Source: an uncultured Gemmatimonadales bacterium
GTDB taxonomy: Bacteria > Gemmatimonadota > Gemmatimonadetes > Gemmatimonadales > GWC2-71-9
Direction of reading: 5' to 3'
Length of the DNA stretch: 64,000 nt
Assembly: GCA_963779755.1 (NCBI GenBank)
Contig: CAVZZO010000003.1
Coordinates: 768,001-832,000, forward strand
A model generated the notes under the pieces. It was not told where the DNA came from, did no database searches, and worked only from the letters and a program-made list of their open reading frames with translations. Below are positions 63,943-64,000 of the stretch, piece after piece. Numbering within the stretch: the stretch's first letter is position 1; each line of letters opens with the position of its first letter. A program made the translations under genes and the position numbers.

Positions 63943-64000
63943 GGGAGGTGCGGGCGCAATGGCGACGGAATCGGAGGAACCTGCAGTACCCCAGTTCGCG
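63872..64000 (+). CDS. Lipoprotein copy 3 of the module (3' truncated by window)
   Basis: MHRIIWNAATVFALGLLPLVAG-CEGG, same signal and same 71-nt overlap with dsbA as copies 1 and 2; linker diverges. Confidence 0.8.
   Translation, partial: MHRIIWNAATVFALGLLPLVAGCEGGAGAMATESEEPAVPQFA

Noticed and set aside
55944..64000. Cys-rich peptides as RiPP precursors or c-type cytochromes
   Set aside because: They carry lipoboxes, lack CxxCH, and no radical SAM, lanthionine or YcaO enzyme is present in the window

Overview
GC-rich bacterial chromosomal window; gene content suggests Gemmatimonadota or a relative (inference only). (1) 1-14.8 kb: end of a V/A-type ATPase operon, then a 9-gene trans-envelope electron-transfer operon and a ferredoxin-NADP+ reductase (fprA-like). 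The operon has five multiheme c-type cytochromes (65 CxxCH + 2 CxxxxCH motifs by my count), a beta-barrel porin, two different b-type cytochromes and a Rieske-like protein lacking all four [2Fe-2S] ligands, and is preceded by a perfect TGTGA-N6-TCACA box. (2) 14.9-30.4 kb: a type I-G (I-U) CRISPR-Cas island bracketed by a duplicated fprA 3' end. It holds a stand-alone Csb2 C-terminal gene, intact cas3, heavily frameshifted cas8g/cas7/csb2, a Phd-VapC pair, cas4-cas1 fusion, cas2 and a 46-repeat array. The leader end of the array has four 17-20 nt spacers and a 57 nt spacer. The last repeat is truncated and its missing part reappears 6.3 kb away beside a second VapBC promoter. (3) 30.4-54 kb: mostly housekeeping genes (Cu ATPase, DGQHR protein, SSADH, CocE, MATE, glpK, mtnA, recF-dciA-gyrB, pdp) interspersed with 7/8-nt tandem repeats. 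(4) 54-64 kb: at least three tandem copies of a DsbA / small Cys-rich lipoprotein / GWxTD-like protein module, one copy hit by an IS256, running off the window end. All calls come from motif reading and manual alignment; no database searches were run, and some frameshifts may be sequencing errors.
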